Shown here piece by piece: positions 20,501 to 32,118 of a stretch of DNA of 64,000 bases. The translations under genes and the position numbers were made by a program. Numbering within the stretch: the stretch's first letter is position 1; each line of letters begins with the position of its first letter. Location: the NCBI GenBank assembly GCA_965116495.1, contig OZ220696.1, positions 3,776,001-3,840,000 of the forward strand. The letters run 5' to 3'. The notes below the pieces were generated by a model that was not told the origin of the DNA, made no database searches, and worked only from the letters and a program-made list of their open reading frames with translations. Origin of the DNA: Gammaproteobacteria bacterium (GTDB taxonomy: Bacteria; Pseudomonadota; Gammaproteobacteria; Eutrophobiales; Eutrophobiaceae).

Positions 20501-21305
20501 CGGAGATGACCGGTTATGGGGTAATGAGGGAGATGACCGGCTGTGGGGCCGTGGCGGTGATGACAGTCTGACGGGTGATGCGGGGGCTGATGTGCTGGAT
20601 GGGGGAGAAGGCAAGGACACGTTACGGGGTGGTGGCGGAGCTGATGAATTGCTGGGAGGCAGCGGCAATGACACGCTGGCGGGCGATGCGGGCGCAGACA
20701 TAATAGACGGCGGTGCGGGTCTGGACACGCTGGATTACAGCCGCTCGCCGGCGGGTGTGGAGGTGGATTTTGCAGCCGGCACCGGAACCGGGGGTGATGC
20801 CGGGGGGGACAGGGTTGTTAACATGGAGAATGTCTGGGGATCGCAATTTGCAGACTCCTTCAGCGGCAGTGAAAGTGTTGTTTCGATATCAGGACTTAAG
20901 GGAAATGATGTTGTGGACGGCGGCGCAGGAAATGACAGGCTGTCGGGAGGTGACGGTAACGACATTTTGCGCGGCCGGGAGGGCGACGACAGACTCCTGG
21001 GTGAAGCAGGGTCTGACGAGTTGATTGGCGGCAGCGGCGCCGACAGACTGAGTGGCGGCAGGGGCAGTGACATATTCACCTTTGGCGGGGGGGATGACGG
21101 TAACGATACCATTTCCGACTTCGTGAACGCAGAAGATCGCATTGACCTTTCCGGCTTTGCCGGTTTGTCCTTCAATGACCTGGTGATATCTGGAGGCCCG
21201 GATAGCAGCATGATCGACCTGACCGGCCATGGTGGGGGCAGAATAACCCTGCAGGGCGTTGATAGCGCCGACCTGGATGCAGCGGATTTCCTGTTTGCCC
21301 GGTAA
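17592..21305 (+). CDS. RTX/hemolysin-type calcium-binding repeat protein with N-terminal hydrophobic helix
   Basis: Dozens of GGxGxDxLx nonapeptides, repeated DY..S.AGV.V...G.G.GG.A.GD....ENxWGS modules, T1SS-like C-terminus (DTISDF...DRIDLS...DFLF). Confidence 0.9.
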   Translation: MKPLISVTDLLILGLTLAVVVILLTNRGAEGGYDLYGGSDADTLIGDPGDNLIWGGAGADTIDGSDGIDTLDYGGSNAGVRVSLAAGTAAGGHAGGDRITNVENIWGSAFDDVLTGDSGINTFIGGPGADTLAGGGAGDSLLGGEGADILRGEAGDDTLAGGSGADIIDGGDDLDALDYRESDAGVEANLVDKTVAGGHAQGDVITGIENIWGSAFADILTGDRGSNILDGDAGGDRLDGGASADVLRGGAGDDNLSGGGGDDTLAGEAGADVLDGGAGVDILDYSGSPAGVAVDFAAGTGVGGDAEGDVIAGMESVWGSGFADRVLGSDGADSFSGDAGPDELDGGAGDDRLWGNEGDDRLWGRGGDDSLLGEAGSDELDGGAGDDELLGGEGDDALLGGDGADVLLGGLGVDRLAGGAGGDDLSGGAGDDELDGGAGADKLYGGEGADRLYGQDGDDTLAGEAGADVLDGGAGVDILDYSGSPAGVAVDFAAGTGVGGDAEGDVIAGMESVWGSGFADRVLGSDGADSFSGDAGPDELDGGAGDDRLWGNEGDDRLWGRGGNDSLLGEAGSDELDGGAGDDELRGGAGDDNLSGGGGDDTLAGEAGADVLDGGAGVDILDYSGSPAGVAVDFAAGTGVGGDAEGDVIAGMESVWGSGFADRVLGSDGADSFSGDAGPDELDGGAGDDRLWGNEGDDRLWGRGGNDSLLGEAGSDELDGGAGDDELRGGAGDDNLSGGGGDDTLAGEAGADVLDGGAGVDILDYSGSPAGVAVDFAAGTGVGGDAEGDVIAGMESVWGSGFADRVLGSDGADSFSGDAGPDELDGGAGDDRLWGNEGDDRLWGRGGNDSLLGEAGSDELDGGAGDDELRGGAGDDNLSGGGGDDTLAGEAGADVLDGGAGVDILDYSGSPAGVAVDFAAGTGVGGDAEGDVIAGMESVWGSGFADRVLGSDGADSFSGDAGPDELDGGAGDDRLWGNEGDDRLWGRGGDDSLTGDAGADVLDGGEGKDTLRGGGGADELLGGSGNDTLAGDAGADIIDGGAGLDTLDYSRSPAGVEVDFAAGTGTGGDAGGDRVVNMENVWGSQFADSFSGSESVVSISGLKGNDVVDGGAGNDRLSGGDGNDILRGREGDDRLLGEAGSDELIGGSGADRLSGGRGSDIFTFGGGDDGNDTISDFVNAEDRIDLSGFAGLSFNDLVISGGPDSSMIDLTGHGGGRITLQGVDSADLDAADFLFAR
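18331..20570 (+). repeat. Near-identical 426-bp (142-aa) intragenic tandem repeat, about 5 units
   Basis: Shadow ORFs recur at 19031/19457/19883/20309 (period 426); first interval is 588 bp. Confidence 0.95.
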
Positions 21306-21334
21306 TCCGGTTCGTTGTATACTTCAAGGTCCAA

Positions 21335-21411
21335 AGGCGCGTAGCTCAGTTGGTTAGAGCACTACCTCGACACGGTAGGGGTCGTTGGTTCGAATCCAAT
21401 CGCGCCTACCA
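21335..21411 (+). tRNA. tRNA-Val (GAC)
   Basis: AGGCGCG/CGCGCCT acceptor, CTACC-TCGACAC-GGTAG anticodon arm, TTCGAAT, CCA. Confidence 0.95.
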
Positions 21412-21430
21412 GATTTAAGCCTGGAAAAAA

Positions 21431-21455
21431 GGGGACGAATTTGAAATCCGTCCCC
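21431..21455. repeat. GGGGAC...GTCCCC palindrome; possible tRNA terminator or REP-like element
   Basis: GGGGACGAATT-TGA-AATCCGTCCCC. Confidence 0.55.
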
Positions 21456-21545
21456 GAACGCCGGGCGCGAATTACAATCCACAACATTGATTATCTCTTT
21501 GACACGCAGCCTGTTGTGGGGGCCGCCACTGGTGAAGAAGACATA

Positions 21546-23447
21546 ATGCCTGTTATTACCCTGCCTGACGGCAGTCAGCGCAGCTATGAACAACCCTTAT
21601 CTGTTCTGGACATCGCCGCGGATATCGGACCCGGCCTGGCCCGGGCGACCCTGGCCGGTGAAGTGGACGGCAGCCTGGTCGATGCTGCCCACCTGGTTGA
21701 CGCCGATGCGGCCCTGCGCATCATTACCGCCCGGGACGAAGAAGGCCTGGAGATATTGCGCCATTCCTGCGCGCACCTGATGGCGCAGGCGGTAAAGGAA
21801 TTGTTTCCGCAAGCACAGGTGACAATCGGCCCCGTTATCGAAGACGGATTTTATTACGATTTTGCGTTCGAGCGTTCGTTTACCCCGGAAGACCTTGCTG
21901 CGATCGAGGAAAAAATGACGGATCTGGCCCGCCAGGACCTCAACGTCAACCGCTTTGTCATGGCGCGGGATGAAGCCGTTGAATTCTTTCGCGGCCTGGG
22001 GGAAGAGTACAAGGCACAGATTATCGAATCCATCCCCCCGGATGAGGAATTATCACTGTACCGGCAGGGTGAGTTCGTTGACCTGTGCCGGGGCCCCCAC
22101 GTGCCCAGCACCGGCAAACTTGCCGCGTTCAAGTTGACCAAGCTGGCAGGCGCTTACTGGCGCGGTGACTCAGCCAACGAAATGCTGCAACGCGTCTATG
22201 GCACGGCCTGGCCGGACCGCAAGGCGTTAAAGCAGTACCTGCACCGCCTGGAACAGGCGGAGAAGCGGGACCACCGCAAGCTGGGACGTAAACAGGACCT
22301 GTTTCATTTCCAGGAAGAGGCGCCGGGCCTGGTTTTCTGGCATCCCGGGGGTTGGACGCTGTATAACATCATCACGGATTATATCCGCGTTAAACTGGCC
22401 GGAAAGGACTACCGGGAAATCAATACGCCGCAGGTGCTGGACCGCAGTTTATGGGAGAAATCCGGCCATTGGGACAAGTTTCAAGCGGACATGTTCACTA
22501 CCAGTTCGGAAAACCGCGAGTACGCCATCAAACCCATGAACTGTCCCGGTCACATACAGGTGTTCAACCAGGGTTTGAAAAGCTACCGTGACCTGCCGCT
22601 GCGCTTGTCTGAATTCGGCTCTTGCCTCCGCAATGAAGCGTCCGGGACCCTGCACGGCCTGATGCGGGTCAGGGGGTTTACCCAGGATGACGCCCATATC
22701 TTTTGCACTGAGGAGCAAATCCAGGCGGAAGTTTCGGATTTTATCGACCTGCTGTTCGAGATTTACGGCGATTTCGGCTTCCACGAGGTGATTATGAAGT
22801 TATCCACCCGCCCGCAAAACCGGGTGGGTGATGATGCGATCTGGGACAAGGCCGAGCAGGCCCTGGAGCAGGCGCTCAATGCCAAGGGGGTGGAATGGGG
22901 ATTGCAACCGGGTGAAGGCGCGTTTTACGGCCCCAAGATCGATTTTTCCCTGAAAGACAGTATCGGCCGGGTGTGGCAATGCGGCACCATTCAGGCGGAC
23001 TTTTCCATGCCGGGACGTCTGGGCGCACAGTACGTGGATGATAACAGCAAGAGGAGGGCGCCGGTGATGCTGCACCGGGCAATCCTGGGCTCATTGGAGC
23101 GCTTCATTGGAATCATCATCGAGCATTATGCGGGTTCGTTCCCGCTGTGGCTGGCGCCGGTACAGGTTGTCGTGGCGTCAATTACCCAACACCAGGCTGA
23201 TTATACCCTGTCAGTAGCGCAATCCCTGAAAGATCAGGGCTTCCGGGTCAATACCGACTTGAGAAATGAAACAATCAACCTTAAAATCCGCGAACACGCA
23301 ATGCAACGCGTGCCTTACCAGCTGATTATCGGCGCCCGCGAGATGGAAAGTAACACGGTAGCCGTGCGTACTCGTGACGGGAAAGACCTGGGTGTGTTAT
23401 CATTGCCCGGTTTTATTGACCGGTTGAACGGGAATGAAGCGGATTAG
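21546..23447 (+). CDS. thrS: Threonine--tRNA ligase
   Basis: [10 protein letters not shown] start, [27 protein letters not shown]. Confidence 0.98.
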   Translation: MPVITLPDGSQRSYEQPLSVLDIAADIGPGLARATLAGEVDGSLVDAAHLVDADAALRIITARDEEGLEILRHSCAHLMAQAVKELFPQAQVTIGPVIEDGFYYDFAFERSFTPEDLAAIEEKMTDLARQDLNVNRFVMARDEAVEFFRGLGEEYKAQIIESIPPDEELSLYRQGEFVDLCRGPHVPSTGKLAAFKLTKLAGAYWRGDSANEMLQRVYGTAWPDRKALKQYLHRLEQAEKRDHRKLGRKQDLFHFQEEAPGLVFWHPGGWTLYNIITDYIRVKLAGKDYREINTPQVLDRSLWEKSGHWDKFQADMFTTSSENREYAIKPMNCPGHIQVFNQGLKSYRDLPLRLSEFGSCLRNEASGTLHGLMRVRGFTQDDAHIFCTEEQIQAEVSDFIDLLFEIYGDFGFHEVIMKLSTRPQNRVGDDAIWDKAEQALEQALNAKGVEWGLQPGEGAFYGPKIDFSLKDSIGRVWQCGTIQADFSMPGRLGAQYVDDNSKRRAPVMLHRAILGSLERFIGIIIEHYAGSFPLWLAPVQVVVASITQHQADYTLSVAQSLKDQGFRVNTDLRNETINLKIREHAMQRVPYQLIIGAREMESNTVAVRTRDGKDLGVLSLPGFIDRLNGNEAD

Positions 23448-23519
23448 GATTGCCGTCACCGGCTGGCAGGTTTGAAGCACGGCAGTATATTATTGTCTGA
23501 ATTACCGGAGGAATAACGA

Positions 23520-24035
23520 ATCGCAATTAAAAAACAGAATCGTGTGAATGACGAAATAACCGCTGCAGAGGTCAGGTTGATTAGTGCGGAAGGGGGGCAG
23601 GTCGGTATCGTGAACCTGGATGATGCTTTACAACAGGCGGATGACGCTGAATTGGACCTGGTTGAGATCGTCCCCAATGCAGAACCTCCCGTCTGCAGGA
23701 TTATGGACTTCGGTAAATTCCTGTTTGAACAAAACAAGAAAAAGCACGCTGCCAAGAAGAAACAAAAGCAGATCCAGGTCAAAGAAGTGAAGTTCAGGCC
23801 CGGTACAGATGACGGTGATTACCAGGTCAAACTGAGAAATATCACCAGGTTTTTAGACAACGGCGACAAGGTAAAAGTGACCTTGCGCTTTCGCGGCCGC
23901 GAGATGGCTCACCAGGAGTTGGGGAGCAAGATGCTGGATCGTATAGAAACTGATATGCAGCAGAGCGCGGAAGTTGAGCAGAAAGCCAAACTGGAAGGCC
24001 GCCAGATGGTCATGATACTGGCCCCCAGACGCTGA
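23520..24035 (+). CDS. infC: Translation initiation factor IF-3, probable non-canonical ATC start
   Basis: IF3 sequence; GGAGGA at 23507-23512, in-frame TAA at 23514, then ATC at 23520 seven nt after the RBS. Confidence 0.95.
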   Translation: MAIKKQNRVNDEITAAEVRLISAEGGQVGIVNLDDALQQADDAELDLVEIVPNAEPPVCRIMDFGKFLFEQNKKKHAAKKKQKQIQVKEVKFRPGTDDGDYQVKLRNITRFLDNGDKVKVTLRFRGREMAHQELGSKMLDRIETDMQQSAEVEQKAKLEGRQMVMILAPRR

Positions 24036-24081
24036 AATCAGGGACCAGGGATTAGGAGTTGGCATTCTGGTTAAAACTTCC

Positions 24082-24104
24082 GGGGACAGACACATTCTGT
24101 CCCC
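24082..24104. repeat. GGGGACAGA...TCTGTCCCC palindrome
   Basis: Perfect 9-bp arms in the infC-rpmI spacer. Confidence 0.55.
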
Positions 24105-24130
24105 TCCAATTGAAAAACTGAATACAGATT

Positions 24131-24328
24131 ATGCCGAAATTGAAAACAAATCGTGGCGCAGCGAAGCGCTTCAGCAAGACTGCGTCGGGCCGGTTTAAAC
24201 ATCGGCAGTCCCATCGCAGCCATATTCTGACCAAAAAAAGCGCCAAACGGATCAGGAAGTTGCGTCCCATGCAGTTGATTGACAAGAGTGATGAGAAATC
24301 ACTGGCACAGTTGCTGCCGTATAGTTGA
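24131..24328 (+). CDS. rpmI: 50S ribosomal protein L35
   Basis: [14 protein letters not shown]...HILTKK. Confidence 0.98.
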   Translation: MPKLKTNRGAAKRFSKTASGRFKHRQSHRSHILTKKSAKRIRKLRPMQLIDKSDEKSLAQLLPYS

Positions 24329-24340
24329 GGAATTTTAGTT

Positions 24341-24694
24341 ATGCCGAGAATAAAACGGGGCGTTACCGCACGCGCCCGACATAAAAAGGTCATTGAACAG
24401 GCCAAGGGTTACCGGGGCCGCCGGAAAAATGTATACCGGGTGGCTAAACAGGCAGTCACAAAAGCCGGCCAGTACGCTTACCGGGACCGGCGCCAGCGCA
24501 AACGGCAGTTTCGCGCGCTGTGGATCACCCGTATCAATGCAGCGGCAAGGGAGCATGGCTTGTCTTACAGCCGTTTTATGGACGGATTGCATAAAGCTGG
24601 TATTCAGATCGATCGGAAACTGCTGGCGGAGATGGCAGTAAATGAGAAAACCACGTTTGCCCGATTGGCTGAACAGGCCAGACAGAGCATCTGA
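24341..24694 (+). CDS. rplT: 50S ribosomal protein L20
   Basis: [33 protein letters not shown]. Confidence 0.98.
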   Translation: MPRIKRGVTARARHKKVIEQAKGYRGRRKNVYRVAKQAVTKAGQYAYRDRRQRKRQFRALWITRINAAAREHGLSYSRFMDGLHKAGIQIDRKLLAEMAVNEKTTFARLAEQARQSI

Positions 24695-24790
24695 ACCGGA
24701 TACCGACACTCCGGGACGAGCACATTTAATCAGATGCCTCTTCCCCGGTATCCTGCCGGACGCGGAAATTGTACGGTGCTGACCCTGTAG

Positions 24791-25792
<1,002 letters not shown>

Positions 25793-25797
25793 AGCCC

Positions 25798-28230
25798 ATG
25801 AAATTCAGCGAACAGTGGTTGCGCGAGTGGGTGGACCCGCCAATTTCATCCGGGCAGCTTGAGGACCAGCTTACCATGCTGGGCATGGAGGTGGAGGACG
25901 CGGCTCCTGCGGCGCCGAATCTCGACGGTGTGGTGGCGGGGCGGGTTGAGACAGTTGAAAAACACCCTGGCGCGGACAAACTGTCTGTTTGTGCGGTCAC
26001 AAAGGACGCAGGGACGCCGGTCATTGTCGTGACCGGGGCCCCCGGCGTAAAACCGGGATGGTGTTACCCGTATGCGGGAGTCGGCACCGTATTGCCGGGC
26101 GCGGCGGAAATAGAGGAAACGGAGATCCGCGGTGTCAGGTCCGCAGGCATGCTCTGCTCTGCGGCTGAACTGGGTCTGTCCGAGGAGGCCGATGAGTTGT
26201 TCCTGCTGACCGATGATGCCGTACCCGGCGCCGCGCTGTCCGACACGATGCAACTGGATGACCAGGTGTTTGACGTCGGTCTGACGCCCAACCGCGGTGA
26301 TTGCCTGAGCATTAACGGCATAGCCCGGGAAATTGCAGTCATTAACCGGATGGCCTTCGAGCCTCCCGTCGCCGGCACCCCGGTCCCTGCCGGCCATGAG
26401 CATTCCCGCAGCATAAACCTGGCAGCACCGGACGGCTGTCCGCGCTACGTTGGACGGATTGTCCGCAATATCGATATCTCCCGTCCCAGCCCGCTATGGT
26501 TGAGGGAGAAACTGCGCCGGTGCGGATTGCGCAGCCTCAACCCGGTCGTGGATATCACCAATTACGTGATGCTGGAACTGGGGCAACCCATGCATGCCTT
26601 TGACAATGACAGGTTAAGCGGCGCCATGTCCGTGCGCTATGCTGCTGCAGGAGAGGAAATTACCTTGCTGGATGGTGAAGCACGGGTCATGCCGGCAGAA
26701 ACCCTGGTAATCGCCGATAGCGAACGGGCGCTGGCCATGGCCGGTGTGATGGGCGGTCTGGGTTCGGCAGTCGGTGACGGTACCCGGCATGTTTTCCTGG
26801 AAAGCGCTTATTTCGCTCCGCTTGTCGTGGCCGGGCGGGCCCGGCAGTTCGGATTGCATACGGACGCATCCCATCGGTTTGAACGGGGAGTCGATTTTAT
26901 CTTGCAGCGCCGGGCCATGGAACGCGCCACACGGTTGATCGTGGATATTTGCGGAGGAGAGCCGGGGCCGGTGACCGAGGCAGTGGCCGGGCAGGCATTG
27001 CCGGCCAGGCCGGTGGTCGGACTACGCCCTGCGGCAGCGGAACAGTTACTGGGTGAAGCCATAGACGCGGAACAATGCGCCGGGATTTTAACCCGTCTTG
27101 GCCTGGAGGAAATAGCGGCAGACGGGGGCAGGCGTCAATTCACCGTGCCGTCCCATCGTTTCGATATTTCGATCGAGGCGGATTTGATTGAAGAGGTAGC
27201 CCGCATCCATGGTTACCGGAACATTAAAAGCGTACTGCCGTCTGCAACCCTGGCGATGCGCAGGCCCGATTCCCGGGAACGCCTTGACTTCATGCGCCGG
27301 GCGCTGGTCAACCGCGGCTACCAGGAAGCAATCACGTACAGTTTCGTCAGCCATACGCTGCAATCCCGGTTATTCCCCGAAGACGAAAGCATTGCCCTGC
27401 TCAATGCCATTTCCAGCGATATGGAACGGATGCGTCTCAGCCTGTGGCCGGGTCTGCTGACGGCATTACGGCATAATCTCAATCGGCAACAGGAACGCGT
27501 GCGGCTGTTTGAAACCGGCAAGATTTTCAACGTCGGGGATGAAATTCAACAGTCACCGGTCATCGGCGGACTGAGCTATGGAAACGTGGCGCCGGAACAA
27601 TGGAACGACCGCAATGGAAGCGCTGATTTCTACGACATCAAAGCCGACCTGGAAGCCATGCTGGCGGCCAGTTGCGGGTCGAATTCACTGGATTACCGGC
27701 CTGTTGCCGGCGCTGCACTGCATCACGGCAAGGCGGCGGAGATCATTCATGACGGCCGGCGAGTTGGCCTGGTCGGAGCGCTCCACCCGGCGCTGCAATC
27801 ACGTCTTGAGGTCGAAAGTGAGGTCTACCTGTTTGAGATCGACCTGGAGAAAATTCCCGGCAGGCAGCAGGTGAAGTACGCGGAAATTTCCAGGTTTCCC
27901 CATGTGAGGCGGGACCTGTCCATCCTTGTGGATAAGGGAATCCCGGTAGCAGACCTGTTAAACGGTGTAAAAAACGTGATTTTGAATTTGCCCGGCACGC
28001 ATTTGTCTACGGAGGAATTGGAGGCATCGGGAGATTTGAATCTCCTCCGAAACTTGGAGGTATTTGACATTTACCAGGGCGAACCCGTTGCCCCCGGAAA
28101 AAAAAGTGTCACATTGGGCTTGACGTTTCAACGATTTTCAGACACTCTTACGGACAATCAGGTGGATAGCATGGTCACTCGGATACTGGATTCACTTCGT
28201 AAGGAATTTGATGCGCAGTTGAGAGAGTAA
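25798..28230 (+). CDS. pheT: Phenylalanine--tRNA ligase beta subunit
   Basis: [35 protein letters not shown]...RDLS. Confidence 0.98.
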   Translation: MKFSEQWLREWVDPPISSGQLEDQLTMLGMEVEDAAPAAPNLDGVVAGRVETVEKHPGADKLSVCAVTKDAGTPVIVVTGAPGVKPGWCYPYAGVGTVLPGAAEIEETEIRGVRSAGMLCSAAELGLSEEADELFLLTDDAVPGAALSDTMQLDDQVFDVGLTPNRGDCLSINGIAREIAVINRMAFEPPVAGTPVPAGHEHSRSINLAAPDGCPRYVGRIVRNIDISRPSPLWLREKLRRCGLRSLNPVVDITNYVMLELGQPMHAFDNDRLSGAMSVRYAAAGEEITLLDGEARVMPAETLVIADSERALAMAGVMGGLGSAVGDGTRHVFLESAYFAPLVVAGRARQFGLHTDASHRFERGVDFILQRRAMERATRLIVDICGGEPGPVTEAVAGQALPARPVVGLRPAAAEQLLGEAIDAEQCAGILTRLGLEEIAADGGRRQFTVPSHRFDISIEADLIEEVARIHGYRNIKSVLPSATLAMRRPDSRERLDFMRRALVNRGYQEAITYSFVSHTLQSRLFPEDESIALLNAISSDMERMRLSLWPGLLTALRHNLNRQQERVRLFETGKIFNVGDEIQQSPVIGGLSYGNVAPEQWNDRNGSADFYDIKADLEAMLAASCGSNSLDYRPVAGAALHHGKAAEIIHDGRRVGLVGALHPALQSRLEVESEVYLFEIDLEKIPGRQQVKYAEISRFPHVRRDLSILVDKGIPVADLLNGVKNVILNLPGTHLSTEELEASGDLNLLRNLEVFDIYQGEPVAPGKKSVTLGLTFQRFSDTLTDNQVDSMVTRILDSLRKEFDAQLRE

Positions 28231-28231
28231 G

Positions 28232-28537
28232 ATGGCAGCACTGACAAAAGCAGACATGGCCGAGAGGCTTCATCAGCAGGATGGCCTGAACAAGCGGGAG
28301 GCTAAGGAAATTGTGGAGATGTTTTTTGAAGAGATACGATCGGCACTGGAAGCCGGGAACCAGGTCAAGCTGTCGGGGTTTGGTAACTTTGAACTGCGCA
28401 ACAAAAAGCAGCGGCCTGGACGCAACCCCAAAACCGGCGAAGAGATCCCAATCAGCGCGCGTCGTGTAGTAACATTTCGCCCCGGACAAAAACTCAAAGC
28501 ACGTGTAGAAGCCTATGCTGGAACCGGCACAGAATAG
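28232..28537 (+). CDS. ihfA: Integration host factor alpha
   Basis: [28 protein letters not shown]; follows pheT. Confidence 0.97.
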   Translation: MAALTKADMAERLHQQDGLNKREAKEIVEMFFEEIRSALEAGNQVKLSGFGNFELRNKKQRPGRNPKTGEEIPISARRVVTFRPGQKLKARVEAYAGTGTE

Positions 28538-28871
28538 TGAACTGCCCGCAATTCCGAGTAAGCGTTACTTCACCATCGGGGAAGTCAGCGAGTTATGTGC
28601 GGTCAAGCCCCACGTATTGCGTTACTGGGAACAGGAATTTCCGCAACTGAAACCCCTGAAGCGGCGCGGCAACAGACGTTATTACCAGCGCCAGGACGTA
28701 ATCCTGATCAGGCAGATCAGGAGCCTGCTGTATGAGCACGGGTTTACTATCGGCGGTGCCAGGCAACGTCTTTCTGGTGATGAAGCCAGGGAAGATTCCA
28801 ACCAGAGCCAGCAGATCATCCGCCAGTTGTGCACCGAACTGGAAAAAGTCAGGGAGTTGTTACGGCGTTAA
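28515..28871 (+). CDS. MerR-family transcriptional regulator (conserved after ihfA)
   Basis: [26 protein letters not shown]. Confidence 0.93.
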   Translation: MLEPAQNSELPAIPSKRYFTIGEVSELCAVKPHVLRYWEQEFPQLKPLKRRGNRRYYQRQDVILIRQIRSLLYEHGFTIGGARQRLSGDEAREDSNQSQQIIRQLCTELEKVRELLRR

Positions 28872-29003
28872 CCCGTTTCGCCTCCTGTCGGCAAGCGCCG
28901 GTGTTCTGTCACAACTTATTCCTCGCCTGTCGCCTGCCTGCAACACTGAGAGATGGGCGCGAAATCATTTTATCCTGTCGGAAAGATATTGAAATAATAC
29001 GGC

Positions 29004-29080
<77 letters not shown>

Positions 29081-29127
29081 ATTTATGAATGTATTCCGGT
29101 TTTCGGGAATTATCAGTACGAATCAAA

Positions 29128-29658
29128 ATGTTAAAAACATCGTCCTTGTTGTTCATAAGCCTGATCCTGTTAAGCTGCGGTACCGGGAAGAGCGCGCGGC
29201 AGGCTTTTGAGGCCGGAGATTACGCTACCGCGTACAAGCTGTTCAGACCCAGGGCCGAGGCCGGTGAGGCCGAGGCGCAGAATTACCTGGGCGTGCATTA
29301 TTACCTGGGCCTGGGGGTAAAGCGGAACTGGCGCCAGGCGCTGCAATGGTATGAAAAAGCGGCAAATCAAGGCGACCCCAGTGCACAACTCAACTATGGC
29401 CTGATGCACCATAACGGCTATGGCACGACCCCGGACATCGGTACGGCTTTCATGTGGTATTACGCATCCTACCGGCAGGGCAATGCAACTGCCGGGCATT
29501 ATATGAATACCCTGGCGGCGGATAACCTGCTGAGTCCGAACCAGATAGACTACGCCAAGCTCCGGGCAAGACAATACATCACCAACCCCGTTGTTGCTGA
29601 GCAGGGTTCGGAAGGCAGCTTGTTCCGCGAGGGGCAACATAGCGCGATCAGCCCGTAA
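29128..29658 (+). CDS. Sel1-repeat lipoprotein
   Basis: Lipobox LLSC; AQNYLGVHYYLGLGV, WYEKAANQG..AQ.NYG repeats; stop overlaps glmS ATG. Confidence 0.85.
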   Translation: MLKTSSLLFISLILLSCGTGKSARQAFEAGDYATAYKLFRPRAEAGEAEAQNYLGVHYYLGLGVKRNWRQALQWYEKAANQGDPSAQLNYGLMHHNGYGTTPDIGTAFMWYYASYRQGNATAGHYMNTLAADNLLSPNQIDYAKLRARQYITNPVVAEQGSEGSLFREGQHSAISP

Positions 29659-31487
29659 TGTGCGGTATCGTCGGGGCGGTTGCGGAGAGGGATGTCACGC
29701 CTATTCTGCTGGAAGGGTTGCGGCGCCTGGAATATCGCGGGTACGATTCCGCCGGTATCGTAGTGCTGAAAAAAACTGCGGGTTTCGACCGCCTGAGGGT
29801 ACAGGGCAAGGTCAATGAACTTGTTCAATCCGTCGGCGCATCATCCCTGCACGGCAATACCGGTCTTGCCCATACCCGCTGGGCAACCCATGGCCGTCCC
29901 AGCGTCAATAATGCCCACCCGCATATCTGTAAGGATGAAATTGCCCTGGTGCATAACGGCATTATCGAGAACCACGAAATGCTGCGGGCAGAACAGGCGG
30001 GCGCCGGCTATACGTTCGCATCGGAAACGGATACCGAGGTTGCCGTCAACCAGATCCATTACAACCTGCAGGGCAACGGGGACCTGCTCGCTGCGGTAAG
30101 GAACACCGCGGCGCAGATTGAAGGCACCTACGCACTGGGTGTCGTCGATAAAAACCGGCCGGAACGGCTGGTTGTTGCCCGGCAAGGCAGCCCCCTGGTT
30201 ATCGGCGTGGGTATCGGTGAGCATTTTATTGCCTCCGATATCTTTGCCCTGTTACCGGTAACGCGCCGGTTCATTATCCTGGAAGAAGGAGACATTGCCG
30301 AGGTTTACCGGGACAAGGTAGTAATCTTTGACCGTGACGGCAAGCGGGTGCGGCGCACACCGGTTACCTCTGAACTTTCTCCGGACAGCAGCGATAAAAC
30401 CGGTTATCGCCATTACATGGCCAAGGAAATATTCAGCCAGCCCGTTGCAGTCGCCGACACCCTGGAAGGCAGGATTAATCACCGTGGAATTATCGAGTCT
30501 GAATTTGGCATGGCCGCGGCCGGTTTTTTTGATCGAGTGCAAAACATTCATATTATCGCCTGCGGCAGCAGTTACCACGCGGGGCTGATCGCCAGGTACT
30601 GGCTTGAAGCCGAGGGCATTCAGTGCAGTGTCGATATCGCCAGTGAATACCGCTATCGCAACAGTGTAGTCCCGGCAAACACCCTGTTTCTGACAATTTC
30701 CCAATCGGGTGAAACCCTGGATGTGCTTGAGGCCCTGCGGCTGGCCAGGACCCGGCCTTACCTGGCGAGCCTGGCAATCTGTAACGTGCCGGAAAGTTCA
30801 TTGACGCGGGAAGCGGATATGGTTTTTCTTACCCGTGCCGGGATAGAAATCGGCGTCGCGTCAACCAAGACCTTTACCACCCAGTTGGTTGCACTGTTTA
30901 TGCTGACGATTGTACTGGCGCGCCGGCGCGGCCTGGATAAGGAGAAGGAATTGCGCTGGGTCAACCGGTTGGAGCAATTGCCCGGCCAGATTAACCATGT
31001 GCTTGAGTTGGACGGTCGCCTGGAAAAGCTGGCTGAGGAGTTCATCCATAAACATCATACCCTGTTTCTGGGCAGGGGAATGATGCTGCCGGTCGCCATG
31101 GAAGGTGCGTTAAAACTGAAGGAAATTTCCTATATCCACGCGGAAGCCTACGCGGCGGGGGAGTTAAAACACGGCCCCCTAGCGCTGATAGATGATGAAA
31201 TGCCGGTCATCGCTGTTGCGCCGAACAACAGCCTGCTTGGCAAGTTGAACTCCAATTTACAGGAGGTCCGGGCCCGCGGCGCCCGGCTGTATGTGTTTTC
31301 CGACGCGGATATCGGCATGGAAGTGAGTTCCAGCGTTAAGGTCCTGCAGTTGCCGGCAGTCGAAAACAGCATCGCACCGATCTTGTACACCGTGCCATTG
31401 CAATTGCTTTCCTACCACGTGGCCGTACTCAAGGGAGCTGACGTCGACCAGCCCAGGAACCTGGCCAAATCAGTAACCGTAGAATGA
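29658..31487 (+). CDS. glmS: Glutamine--fructose-6-phosphate aminotransferase
   Basis: MCGIVG, HTRWATHG, SQSGET, C-terminal PRNLAKSVTVE (the TnsD recognition region). Confidence 0.99.
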   Translation: MCGIVGAVAERDVTPILLEGLRRLEYRGYDSAGIVVLKKTAGFDRLRVQGKVNELVQSVGASSLHGNTGLAHTRWATHGRPSVNNAHPHICKDEIALVHNGIIENHEMLRAEQAGAGYTFASETDTEVAVNQIHYNLQGNGDLLAAVRNTAAQIEGTYALGVVDKNRPERLVVARQGSPLVIGVGIGEHFIASDIFALLPVTRRFIILEEGDIAEVYRDKVVIFDRDGKRVRRTPVTSELSPDSSDKTGYRHYMAKEIFSQPVAVADTLEGRINHRGIIESEFGMAAAGFFDRVQNIHIIACGSSYHAGLIARYWLEAEGIQCSVDIASEYRYRNSVVPANTLFLTISQSGETLDVLEALRLARTRPYLASLAICNVPESSLTREADMVFLTRAGIEIGVASTKTFTTQLVALFMLTIVLARRRGLDKEKELRWVNRLEQLPGQINHVLELDGRLEKLAEEFIHKHHTLFLGRGMMLPVAMEGALKLKEISYIHAEAYAAGELKHGPLALIDDEMPVIAVAPNNSLLGKLNSNLQEVRARGARLYVFSDADIGMEVSSSVKVLQLPAVENSIAPILYTVPLQLLSYHVAVLKGADVDQPRNLAKSVTVE

Positions 31488-31681
31488 GGGATTAGGGGCA
31501 GGTCCCTAACGGTGTAAATTGACAATTAAGTGTCATACTTACAATAAAGCATCATACTTTAAAAAGTGTCATACTTTTGCAAGATGAATTGGGTGGTTAA
31601 ATCCTTATTGTTGGTATCGAATGTTGGGCGGGTATAGTTTCGGACACCAGCAGACGTTCTCCAGGTGACCGGTCGCGGGGG

Positions 31682-31900
31682 TTATTGTAAAAGTGGGGCC
31701 AGTGGTACTGCTAGGATGACGAGTAGCAGGGCCGGGGTGATACGTGACGTTGTCCGGAATTCCGCTCGTAGCTCAGCCAGTTCGGTCTCGATCCGGTGCA
31801 GCCGCTCGCTCTGTCCCGCGCCGGCCGCGGCTTGTTTCGCTTGTTCTTCGGTTACGTTTGGTATCTGGCGTAGTACTTGGTAAAGGTCTTTTGTGCTCAT
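31682..31900 (-). CDS. Small coiled-coil/TM protein (DUF1640/CCDC90-like), sole cargo of the mini-element
   Basis: DLYQVLRQIPNVTEEQAKQAAAGAGQSERLHRIE, similar to the 13428 gene; hydrophobic C-terminus. Confidence 0.65.
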   Translation of the reverse strand: MSTKDLYQVLRQIPNVTEEQAKQAAAGAGQSERLHRIETELAELRAEFRTTSRITPALLLVILAVPLAPLLQ

Positions 31901-32105
31901 TTTGTTCACCGTATGATAAATGGTAGCAGAGAGGGTGCTTTGTCGTAAAATCGAATATAGTCATTGTTCATTGTTATATGCAATGAAGAGCTCGTTCGGT
32001 GTTAGGTTCGGATGACAACTTTATACATATTAATGAGGAGATTAGAATTAATCTGCGTCCGAAGTATGGTACTTTTGCTTTTATCTCCAAAAAGGTATCA
32101 AACAG

Positions 32106-32118
32106 AATCAACAACTTA
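32106..32118 (+). promoter_or_regulatory. IHF site inside the putative transposon left end
   Basis: AATCAACAACTTA is an exact WATCAANNNNTTR match, between the two outermost putative TnsB sites. Confidence 0.6.

Noticed and set aside
18331-20570. Regular repeats as a CRISPR array or a second gene on the other frames
   Set aside because: No unique spacers; the repeats are in-frame RTX modules, and the Ser/Pro-rich and Arg/Trp-rich ORFs are shadows
21441-21545. N-terminal extension of ThrS in the ORF track
   Set aside because: Homology starts at [10 protein letters not shown] (21546); the extension overlaps a palindrome
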